From Flectonema sp. DT1601 (taxonomy: Eukaryota), in contig OZ025793.1 in assembly GCA_964019425.1 (NCBI GenBank), positions 1,178,001-1,242,000 of the forward strand: a stretch of DNA of 64,000 bases, given 5' to 3'. Positions 37,677 to 47,200 of the stretch are shown here, piece after piece; within the stretch, counting starts at the first letter, position 1; each line of letters starts with the position of its first letter. The notes below the pieces were generated by a model that did no database searches, was not told the origin of the DNA, and saw only the letters and a list, made by a program, of their open reading frames with translations. A program made the position numbers and the translations under genes.

Positions 37677-39902
37677 ATGTCTCCTCGGAAAAAGCTGGTT
37701 GTGTACATTTCTACTGACGGTCAACTACCTCAGTCTCTTAAGGATAACTCTGAATTTGTTATAATAAATTCACAAATATCTGGTTGGAGTAAAACAATCA
37801 ACCGAGCAGGAGGAGCAGTAGCACAAGATATCATACAGACAATTAGTTATGGAGGAGAACAGATCTTCGAATTAAACATCATATCAAAAGGTATAGGTGG
37901 AATCATCTCTCTCTCTGCCTTGTCTGCGATGTATTCAGGTTGGGGGAAAAGTTTGTTAGCGAGAGTAAAACTACAAACCTTTATTGCTGTGGATACTCCT
38001 TTCTTGGGACTTCCTTCGTACAATGCTATCCTCTCCTTTAAAGATCGATTACTTTCAGACTTTGGTGATACGTCACAAATACTGTCACAGTCATGTTCAA
38101 CATCTCAGGGTATTCTCTTGTTGGGAATGTTTGCACGTCGTGCGACTATTTCGAGTACTGAAGAAGTTCAGTCTTGTCATTTCGTACCTCCTGATGACTT
38201 TTATATAAATTTACAATACCTCAGGGAGTATGGATTGCGGTTGCTATTTAACACTCCTGCGAAAGCTGTTCCATTTTCTGTAATGATGCTACCAGAGAGT
38301 ACCCTCCGAAAACAGCGTCACAACAATGACATCTCACCTTCCTCAACGGATAACTCAAATCCTCTTGACGCTGATGAGTTTCTACCGGAAGAGTACTCTA
38401 ATAATTTAAAAAACAATAAAAAAGAATATGATCAAACTTCTGTAAGTGAACCAATCTGTGGTGCTTCACACTATGCAGGGCTCACAGAAGCTCACATTCT
38501 TAGAAAACGTGGAGACATCAACAGTCAAAACGTCACAATTAAAAACTGCGTTGGCGGAAGTATTCACATTCTCGATACGTCAGAACTGTTCACCATCACC
38601 AGATGTAGAGATACACAAATAGTAGTTGGACCTGTGGCAAAGTCATTGTTGATAGACGGTTGTGAAAACTGCGAAATCTTTGTAGTGACTGCCGGAGTAA
38701 TTATAAAAAACAGCGAACAACTGAATCTCTCGTTGTACACACTAACAGATCCGATAATAGAAAATAGTTTTAAAATAAACTTATCTCCTTTTAATGTAGC
38801 TATTCCTCACTTACATTCATTGTGGAGTGACGCTGGTTTTCCTCCAAACAGAGAAAATAGATTTCACTGTCCGAGTGATTTAAGTGAATCTGATAAAACG
38901 CTTCCGATACCTCATTATAGTTTACAGAAGGGGAATATTACTGCGCATCGTATCTGTTATGATGAATTGGTAGGGGAATTACCATCGTTTGTTGCGTTTC
39001 AAATTTCAGATTTTCAAGATAATTTTAACTTCCATTGTAAACGTGTTGCTGTCCAACCAGAAACACAACATCATTACAACAGAGATCGTGTTTTTTCAAA
39101 TTTAAAAGAAATTCATCCGATTGATTGGAGACCTTCTCCTCAACTTATTGAGAAGTACTACAAACCTGATAATGAACTTCTATTTGATAAACCATTTCAA
39201 AGTCCACTTCGAAATCGAGCATCCATATCGAACATGTCAGGGATGCAATCAAATCGTTGGATTAATAATGTTGTTGGGAGTTCAATTTATCGAAGATATG
39301 GAGATCTCAATGGAGGAATCTGCGGTATAACAAATTGCGAAGCCAGTTTACTTTTATTAATTGACTGTCAGAGTACAACCTCAATAACAGATTGTCGTAC
39401 TTGTACAATTGTTATAGCGGCGACTGACACATGTGTTGTGTCAGATTGTTCTGATTGTTCGTTATTTGTGTGTTCTGGATCAATAAGGTTGTCTAAATGT
39501 AAAAACGTAAATTTATTTTCATGGACACCCCGAGCTATAGTTGTTGAGAACTGTACTGAGATTAACCTCTCTCCGTGGTCTCTTTCTGTTCCTAACCTGA
39601 CGACAGTCATATCCTTATCTGGTTTAGACTTAAGCCTTCCAAGCAAGTGGTATGAACACCGTCCTGTAACTTCTGATTGTCTGATTCAGAAAGCAGCAAC
39701 AGTTGTTACAGAGGTTTGTATTCAGGGACAACCTAATCCTTGTATTCCAGATACGATGATTAATTTCCTTTCTCTCTCATTCCAAAATCAACCTGCTGCG
39801 GTGAACGAATCCCTGCTCACACTCAATAGTATGCATTGGGATAAAAGAATAATAGAACACGATTCTCTCGACTTTATTAAATTACTGAAAAGTTCTAACT
39901 GA
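37677..39902 (+). CDS. Fusion of a degenerate DUF676-like alpha/beta-hydrolase with two tubulin-binding cofactor C (TBCC/RP2-like) beta-helix domains
   Basis: TBCC-like repeats GDINSQNVTIKNC...IVVGPVAKSLLIDGCENC...TDPIIENS...SPFN and GDLNGGICGITNC...IVVENCTEINLSPW. N-terminal LNIISKGIGGII...TFIAVDTPFLG. ATG at 37677. Confidence 0.8.
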   Translation: MSPRKKLVVYISTDGQLPQSLKDNSEFVIINSQISGWSKTINRAGGAVAQDIIQTISYGGEQIFELNIISKGIGGIISLSALSAMYSGWGKSLLARVKLQTFIAVDTPFLGLPSYNAILSFKDRLLSDFGDTSQILSQSCSTSQGILLLGMFARRATISSTEEVQSCHFVPPDDFYINLQYLREYGLRLLFNTPAKAVPFSVMMLPESTLRKQRHNNDISPSSTDNSNPLDADEFLPEEYSNNLKNNKKEYDQTSVSEPICGASHYAGLTEAHILRKRGDINSQNVTIKNCVGGSIHILDTSELFTITRCRDTQIVVGPVAKSLLIDGCENCEIFVVTAGVIIKNSEQLNLSLYTLTDPIIENSFKINLSPFNVAIPHLHSLWSDAGFPPNRENRFHCPSDLSESDKTLPIPHYSLQKGNITAHRICYDELVGELPSFVAFQISDFQDNFNFHCKRVAVQPETQHHYNRDRVFSNLKEIHPIDWRPSPQLIEKYYKPDNELLFDKPFQSPLRNRASISNMSGMQSNRWINNVVGSSIYRRYGDLNGGICGITNCEASLLLLIDCQSTTSITDCRTCTIVIAATDTCVVSDCSDCSLFVCSGSIRLSKCKNVNLFSWTPRAIVVENCTEINLSPWSLSVPNLTTVISLSGLDLSLPSKWYEHRPVTSDCLIQKAATVVTEVCIQGQPNPCIPDTMINFLSLSFQNQPAAVNESLLTLNSMHWDKRIIEHDSLDFIKLLKSSN

Positions 39903-40088
39903 GTAATTCCGATACGTTGTATTTAGAATTATTGATAAGTACGATAGTTTTTGTTTGTATTAAATATCAATTCATTAGCAACATCAAACATGTTGAGGGT
40001 GGACATGATAAGGATGTGTAATAACATTGTAGAGAGAGGTAGTAAGTAGTATTATTGTTATTATTAATTAACAGAGTCAACTCACAAC

Positions 40089-41417
40089 ATGACTGAAATA
40101 ATGGAACCAGCACCACGTAAGTCTTTAAATGATGAAGACGTCTGTTTCGAAGACGTATCAATGGCAGCCTACCGTATTCGAAATGGTATTATGAGAACCC
40201 GAATGACGAAGAGCAACAATCTCCGTGAAGGTGTCAACCTGGTTCTAAAACATGAACACAGACAACACACAGGTTCATTTAAAGAAAGAGGTGCTCTAAA
40301 CGCCATGATGTTACTTGATGAACAACAGAAATCAAAAGGTATCATTGCAGCATCAGCAGGCAATCACGCACTGGCTCTGTCATACCACGGAAAACGGTTA
40401 GGAATTCCTGTAACAGTTGTGATGCCAACATTCGCACCTCTCGCAAAGGTTGGAAAATGTAGAGAATTTGGTGCCAACATTCATCTTCACGGAGCGAATA
40501 TTCAAGAAGCGAGGACTTTTGCTGAAGATCTGATGCGAGAAAGTGGACAGCAGTACATCAACGGTTACGATGATGCAGAAATCATTGCTGGCGCCGGAAC
40601 AATTGGAATTGAGATTCTTGAACAATGTCCTGATGCTGATGTTGTTATCGTTCCAATTGGAGGTGCTGGTCTCATCGCTGGTGTTTCTCTGGCGTTGAAG
40701 AAGATAAAACCATCAATTACTGTAATTGGTGTAGAACCAAACAACTGTGATTCCTACACGCAGGCTCTGAATGCTGGGAAGCCTGTCAGTGCAGCTACCC
40801 GCCCTACACTGGCAGACGGTCTCAACGTACCAACAGTTGGAGCCCGTGCGTTTGAAATCGCTCGCAAGTACGTCGATAAAGTTGTGACTGTTGATGAGAA
40901 ATGGATCGCTTTAGCTATTCTTCGTATTCTTGAAACCGAGAAGATGGTTGTAGAAGGCGGAGGTGCCACAGGCGTTGCTGGAATCCTAAGTGGAAAACTC
41001 GACGCAGACCTCGAAGGCAAAAAGGTAGTAACAATCCTATGTGGTGCTAATGTTGATGTAACTGTATTAGGAAGAGTTATTGAAAGAGGTTTATTCGCTG
41101 ATGGAAGACTACTGCAGATGGACGTTCCAATCTCTGATCGTCCTGGAGGGCTATCAGACTTTACGAATACTGTTAAGGAGTTGGGATGTAATATAATTGA
41201 AATAGCTCATGAGAGAGCTTTCATTTCTGACGTTAATATCGTGTCACTCAGAGCTACTGTAGAAGTGACTGATAGTAGTCATAAGAAGAGATGTTTGAAG
41301 GAAATGCGTGAACGCGGATTTCTTCCAAAAGTTCGCGGTGAACCTGAACCTGAGATCGAAACTCTCGACACCACTAAGTTGCATGCCGTTGGTACGAAGT
41401 TGGAATCAAAACTTTGA
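40089..41417 (+). CDS. ilvA: PLP-dependent threonine/serine dehydratase with a single C-terminal ACT domain
   Basis: Motifs TGSFKERGA (PLP lysine), ASAGNHA, PIGGAGLIAG, TLADGL, LCGANVD and ACT motif ISDRPGGL. Confidence 0.93.
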   Translation: MTEIMEPAPRKSLNDEDVCFEDVSMAAYRIRNGIMRTRMTKSNNLREGVNLVLKHEHRQHTGSFKERGALNAMMLLDEQQKSKGIIAASAGNHALALSYHGKRLGIPVTVVMPTFAPLAKVGKCREFGANIHLHGANIQEARTFAEDLMRESGQQYINGYDDAEIIAGAGTIGIEILEQCPDADVVIVPIGGAGLIAGVSLALKKIKPSITVIGVEPNNCDSYTQALNAGKPVSAATRPTLADGLNVPTVGARAFEIARKYVDKVVTVDEKWIALAILRILETEKMVVEGGGATGVAGILSGKLDADLEGKKVVTILCGANVDVTVLGRVIERGLFADGRLLQMDVPISDRPGGLSDFTNTVKELGCNIIEIAHERAFISDVNIVSLRATVEVTDSSHKKRCLKEMRERGFLPKVRGEPEPEIETLDTTKLHAVGTKLESKL

Positions 41418-41683
41418 GACTGCACGTGTGACAATACTTCACCAACATCTCTAGACCCCCTTCTTTTGGTTTGTTTTATTTAGTGCTTTGCTATGCGGAC
41501 TTGTTTCAATTATTTTTTTTTTTTCCCATTTGTGTCTCCATGTATCGCCCATATAAACAAAAGATTTAAATTTTTTTTTATATACGTTGGTACTTGATAG
41601 TGCCTTGATGATTTTTTTCCCCCCCATTTTTTTTTGTCTCTTTTTTTTTTATAAATTTTTTTCTTCCCAGATTTTGGCGGTTT

Positions 41684-41783
41684 CAGAGACTCCGAAGGCA
41701 GCAAAAACTGCCTGAGTTGGACTGCAAGCAAATGATTACTGGAATGACCTTCACTTTATCTAGGGGGTCGATTGTCCACATAT
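41684..41783 (+). ncRNA. Candidate H/ACA-like guide RNA
   Basis: Hairpin AGGCAG/CTGCCT, ANANNA hinge (AAATGA 41730-41735), hairpin TGGA..GACCTTC/GGGGGTC..TCCA, and ACA at 41778-41780. No target identified. Confidence 0.2.
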
Positions 41784-42818
41784 TTTAATGGATAGTTAGT
41801 ATTTGTTGCATTCTAAAAAACAACTATAAATATAAAATAGAATAAAAACGTCTAAATTTTTGCAAAAATTGTTTGCGCAAACTATTTTTGTGGAATTTAG
41901 GAGTTTTCCCCCCCGAATAAAAATTAAAAACAAAAACGTTTATTCTCTTCTCTTCCCCTTTAAAAAAAAAAAAAAAAAAAAACGTAAAAAGAATAGAAAG
42001 AACTCTGAAGAATGTAAAAAAAAAAAAAAAGAAACATTAATCTCTCTGTGACCGTTTGGCTTCCGCTTTACTCTTTGAGAGTTGTGGTCAGCTTATTCGG
42101 ACAGATGATTGCACTGATTGTCTTATGAAAACATCAATTACACGAAGGCACTGATTGCTTTATACAGTTTTTTTATTTTTATGGTCCACTAGCAGAGTTC
42201 TCTTCTGTGAACCACCGTATCTTTTGTGACATAAGTAGCGTGTCTAACCTACTCTATAAATGCAACACGTGTTTTTTAGGCAAAAATGATTGCTTATACA
42301 AATAAAAGAAAAAACGAAAACTAAAGAAAAGAAAGTAAATGAGTACTTGTGAACTCTCCGATCCACTACGGGAAAGTTGCTGACAAAGTGTTCGTCAGCG
42401 CAGTTGTCGTTTGCGCTGCTTTTAAACGTGAAATAATTATTTGTGATATTACCTCTCATACAAAAAAGAAAAAAAGACAGAGAAAAAAAAAAAAAAAAAA
42501 AAAGTTGTTACGGTCACCAGTCTATTTCTAGAAATGAAGTAGACGACAGGTATTTCAAAACGCTCCTAGCGTTGTTGTTTATTATCCGTATTTTCATGTT
42601 TTGTTGTAGTCTGCGAAAATGCCTTCCCGAATTTTCCCTTCGGCCCTGTTTTCGTTTCTCCGGACAATTGAATCGGTTTTTTATGCGACACTTGTTTTCA
42701 TCATCAACTTCTCTCACTTTATAGGTTACAGCAATACACGACTATTAGGATATTACTCTCTCTCATACTCTTTTCTTCAATAGGCAAACTTCTCCAACAC
42801 ACAAACGACACTAATAAA

Positions 42819-43607
42819 ATGAAGATTGCTGCAGTACTAACCACACTAGTCGTAGGATGTAGTTCCCGAACAGTACTAATGTCTGGTGACTCATGGGCTG
42901 ATTATGGAGGTATTCCAAATAGGGTATTTCCTGAAGTATTTGAGCAACACAACGATACGAGAACCGTAAAGAACATTGGTATTTCTGGTTCAACTTGCAG
43001 ACAATGGGCGAATGAACACTTAGACAAGTTAGTAGCAGCTGCTAGTGACCCAGACGTTGAAATTATATGGATGACATGCGGAGGAAATGACGCAAAGAAC
43101 CGACTCCCTGGATGTTCTCCTCAACAAGAATGTATTGGGAAGGTGACTGAAGAAGTAAAGGCAGACATGGCAGTTATGTACAATGCTGTAATGAATGTTA
43201 ATCCGACAGCGAGAATTGTTTCTTTTGGTTATGACGTGATGGGATTTGGTGGATTGATTTGTGGTTTAATTCCGAGATTAGTTCTTCCAGAATGCAACAA
43301 TGATCCATTCTGTGTTAACACTAACTGGCTTGCTATTCAAGTAGCAATCCAAGAAGTTGCTGCTCGCCATTCTAACTACGATTCTGTTAACTTATTAGGA
43401 TCACTTCAATACGCTAATGGTGTGACTGGAGCATACCCTGGAAGTCCAATTCTTAGTCAATACTCTCCTGGGTATGATGCGACCTGCATCCACCCTACTG
43501 AGTCTGGATACCGAACTGTGTTTGAAAACTTTTACAATATTTACTTCAAACAAACTCGTACATTCTTCAACGCCACTCACTTCGTTCCGTCAGTCCCAAG
43601 GAAGTAG
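42819..43607 (+). CDS. Secreted SGNH/GDSL-family hydrolase
   Basis: Signal peptide; block I GDSW, block II NIGISGST, block III GGND, block V CIHPT. Intronless. Confidence 0.85.
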   Translation: MKIAAVLTTLVVGCSSRTVLMSGDSWADYGGIPNRVFPEVFEQHNDTRTVKNIGISGSTCRQWANEHLDKLVAAASDPDVEIIWMTCGGNDAKNRLPGCSPQQECIGKVTEEVKADMAVMYNAVMNVNPTARIVSFGYDVMGFGGLICGLIPRLVLPECNNDPFCVNTNWLAIQVAIQEVAARHSNYDSVNLLGSLQYANGVTGAYPGSPILSQYSPGYDATCIHPTESGYRTVFENFYNIYFKQTRTFFNATHFVPSVPRK

Positions 43608-44113
43608 TCTGATTGGTGTTCCTAATCTTATTTAATATAGTGAGGCTCTGAGCTGTTTATTGTGTTAAGACTTGTGTGAAATATTATTTTAAGCAGCTGT
43701 TGTGTTGAGGTTCGGTAGAATCTTTTGGTGAGGAAAACAAAACAAGTGTCAATTTTTGCATCCTCTTGCTCATCGTGTGCCGTGTGCCGAACTGATCTAA
43801 TTCTGTTCATTTTTTTCATTTTTTAGTTGCACAGTGACGGTTGCAAGACCCTGACTGTTTTTTTTGAAAGTTTTATTCGCTTGTGGATAATCAAGAAGTG
43901 TTTGGTGAAATAAAACTATTTCTCTCCGATGGAATAGAAAGTATTACCCTTCGTACGTCGAACTCTAACAGCAATCGACGTAGTACACAAAATCTATCGC
44001 AGCCACTGACACGGCCAAAAAGGCTGGCTTTGGGTTTCGGTAATTTCCCCCACGTTCTATAGTCCCCTTCTTTTCTTTCAAACGAAACGTATGTTTTCAC
44101 TATTTCTTGTTTT

Positions 44114-44144
<31 letters not shown>

Positions 44145-44287
44145 GGATAAAACGTGCCAAACATCACGATAACGGCTTCTTTACTGCCTCCCCGACAGTA
44201 TTGAAATTGATGCCTCATTTTTTTAACGAAAAAATAACGAGAAAATTAGAATTTTTTCCAATACAGGTGTTCCTATCCCCCCAGAAA

Positions 44288-47200
44288 ATGGAGGGAGATG
44301 GGACGAGTAAGAAGCAATTACTGGAAAAGAGGTTGAAAGAACGGCAACATTTCACATCATGCAGTATAGGAACCTCAATGGTTAGGGGACGAGTTAATCA
44401 GGAGAAGAAGAATGTGAAAGTCCCTTTTAGAGACCCTGCTACTGATCCAATCAATACACCACTCTACCACTTTCAAGTTCAAGAAATATTTGAGCACGAT
44501 GTTCCTAATATGACAGCTCCTTCTGTTGCGACTACAGCAAAAACACCGATATCTGATATCCCTATGGAACGACGGGTAAGATCAATTCAAAAGGAAGGTT
44601 ACAGTGGAGCACCAACAACCATGACTTACACTGATCCTGATGAAGTATTAATGAATTCTATTCAATTTGCAGCATCTCGAAGACCAAAGTCTGAGTCTCA
44701 AGTAGTGGTAGCTCCAGATGATGTACAAGAAATAATGCAATTAAAAACAGCAGAAGATGTTATTGCATTCTTCAGTAAGGCGGGTAACAGTAGTACTGTT
44801 AAGTTTGTTTATTTAAACAGAGCTCAGCAGGGATTATTATTCAGACCCTACGATCTTGAAGTAGTGATGAGAGGAAGACAAGAACCTGAACACTTTTGTA
44901 TATCTGCATCAGGTTGTGTTCACATAAAACCAGATCATCCATCAGAAGTGGTATCACTAGCTGAGTGGATGCGTGAGTGTACTTTATTCAACGTGCTTAC
45001 GAGAATTCATTTTTTCAAAAATTACCTCGTTGGTAAATCTTTCACTCAATGGAGGAGAAACGTCAGGTTTCGATTGTACTGTCAAACTAGAAGAAGACTT
45101 TGTAAAAATTTCTTTTTATCAAAACAAACATTCGCATCAACCCTGTCAGAACTTCACAAGTGTTCATATGAGCTTTCAACAATACCACTGGTGTACTACC
45201 CAGAGATTAAGGAAACTTACACACATGATAAATTTAAAGAGGAACAAGCAACACTTTGTAGAACACCAGCAGAGTTAGAGTTTCGTTCTTCAATGGATAA
45301 GATGGAACATAAGCTCCTCAAATTATGTGAGAATGTAACCCAAAGAGCAAATGTACCAGACTTGACTACTCAAGAATCGTTAGAACAGTATCTACTAGCT
45401 AATGCAACAGCTAGTGGTAAAGAAAAAGGAAAAGGAGGAAAACGAATGAAATCAATGGTAGATGCTCAAGCAGAACAACAAGAACGAATGAGAATGCTTA
45501 AAAGAGCAATGGTTGAGCACAGTATGTTAGATTCCTTCATCAGACTTGCTGACTACATTGCTGCCGAGAATCTCTTTAAGAATGCACTCTGCGCCTTTCA
45601 TAAGTTCTACCAAGTCTTGTCTCTACCTGAAGCAGAGAAGATTATTATGTTTCAAATCACAATTACTTTTCAGGGTGAAGAAGATCTCGTTTTTGTTCCA
45701 TCTGAAAAGGAAATTCTGGACACCTATGCCGCTGTCATGGATGAAATAATTCACCTCGTTGGTCAGGTAACAAGACTTATTTATATTCGTGATGTTAAGA
45801 TTCACTTTGCTTCACCTCCGAAGACGTTTTCAGTTGGATCAGCGATTAGACATGACTTCAGATATAATTTATTAAAGAAGAGAACTTGTCAATTGATCAC
45901 AACTGACTTCGCGGCTGCCTTTGAACAAGCAAAGCTCTACGAATCGTATAGAAAGTGGTTCATCTTTGTAGACGTTGAATGGAAGGAAGTAGAAGCTCGA
46001 TGGGAAGCTGAACCAGACGAACTCACACCAGAGGAGTTTGAGAGATACATTCATGACCCGAAACAATCATCAGCAAAAGATCATAAAGAACCAACACAAA
46101 CTAACAAACCAATGGGAAAAGTTAAACAAGCTCTTGGTGACTTGGATGCATTATTCAACAGACCACAAGGAATATTATTAGTAAACAGTAATAAACTTCG
46201 CACAACACTTCAAGAGAAACTTGATGATATTATGGGTAAGGTTCGTAAGAAGTTGTTGGAAGTTGCTCGTAAGAGAACTACTGAATTGGTTGCGGATATT
46301 CAAAATAAAATGAGACAGCTGTTGGCAAGACCGACAACTCTACAGGCGTTCGCTGCATTTGTTCAATCACTCAACGAGATTAGAGATGAATCACAAACAG
46401 TGATGGCTAGGTGTGATGATATCCAACGCCTTTATGAAATAGCTGATATAAATGGAATCAAACCAACTCTTGATGAACAAGGTAGAAAAGATCTTCTTAT
46501 CGGTGGACCTAATTCACAAGTACACACAACACCATTGAGAGATCAGTTTGTTGAATACATACAACAAGCTGGTGACTTCAAGATTAATAATTTAAAGGTA
46601 ATGTCTGCCAACCTTGAAAACTACATTGACATTGCTAATGAAGAACTACTCGCAACAATGGCAATCCTAGATCACGGTGACTATGTCTCAAGTCATGCAG
46701 AAACAAGAGACGTCTTAGCCCAACTTGCTGGTGTTGATGACACAATTAAAACAATTGAACAAAAGGTAAAGATGTACACAGACTATCAAAAGCTATTCGA
46801 CACAACTCCATCAGAATGGACCAATCTCGCTGCTATTAAAGAAACCTATCAAAAACGTTTTGATTTGTGGAGTACGTATGATAAATTTATGGAACAACGT
46901 CACGTCTGGGAAAGTGAAGAAATTAAAGACGTCGACGATCAGCAACTCAAAGAACAGATTGAAGACTTTTTCAGAAAAGCTCACAAACTCCATAAAGAGG
47001 TTGGTGATGAAGTATCGGATCTTCTTCTTGAAAGTGTTACTGAAGAGAGGAAGAACTTACCAGTTATGATTGATCTTTGTAATAAAGATATGCAATTTGA
47101 ACATTGGGAAGAAATATTCAAAGGAATGGGCAAAGCCTACGGTCCAGAAAAAGATCATTTCACTCTCTCTTCATTAAGAGCTTACAAAGTATTTGAACAC

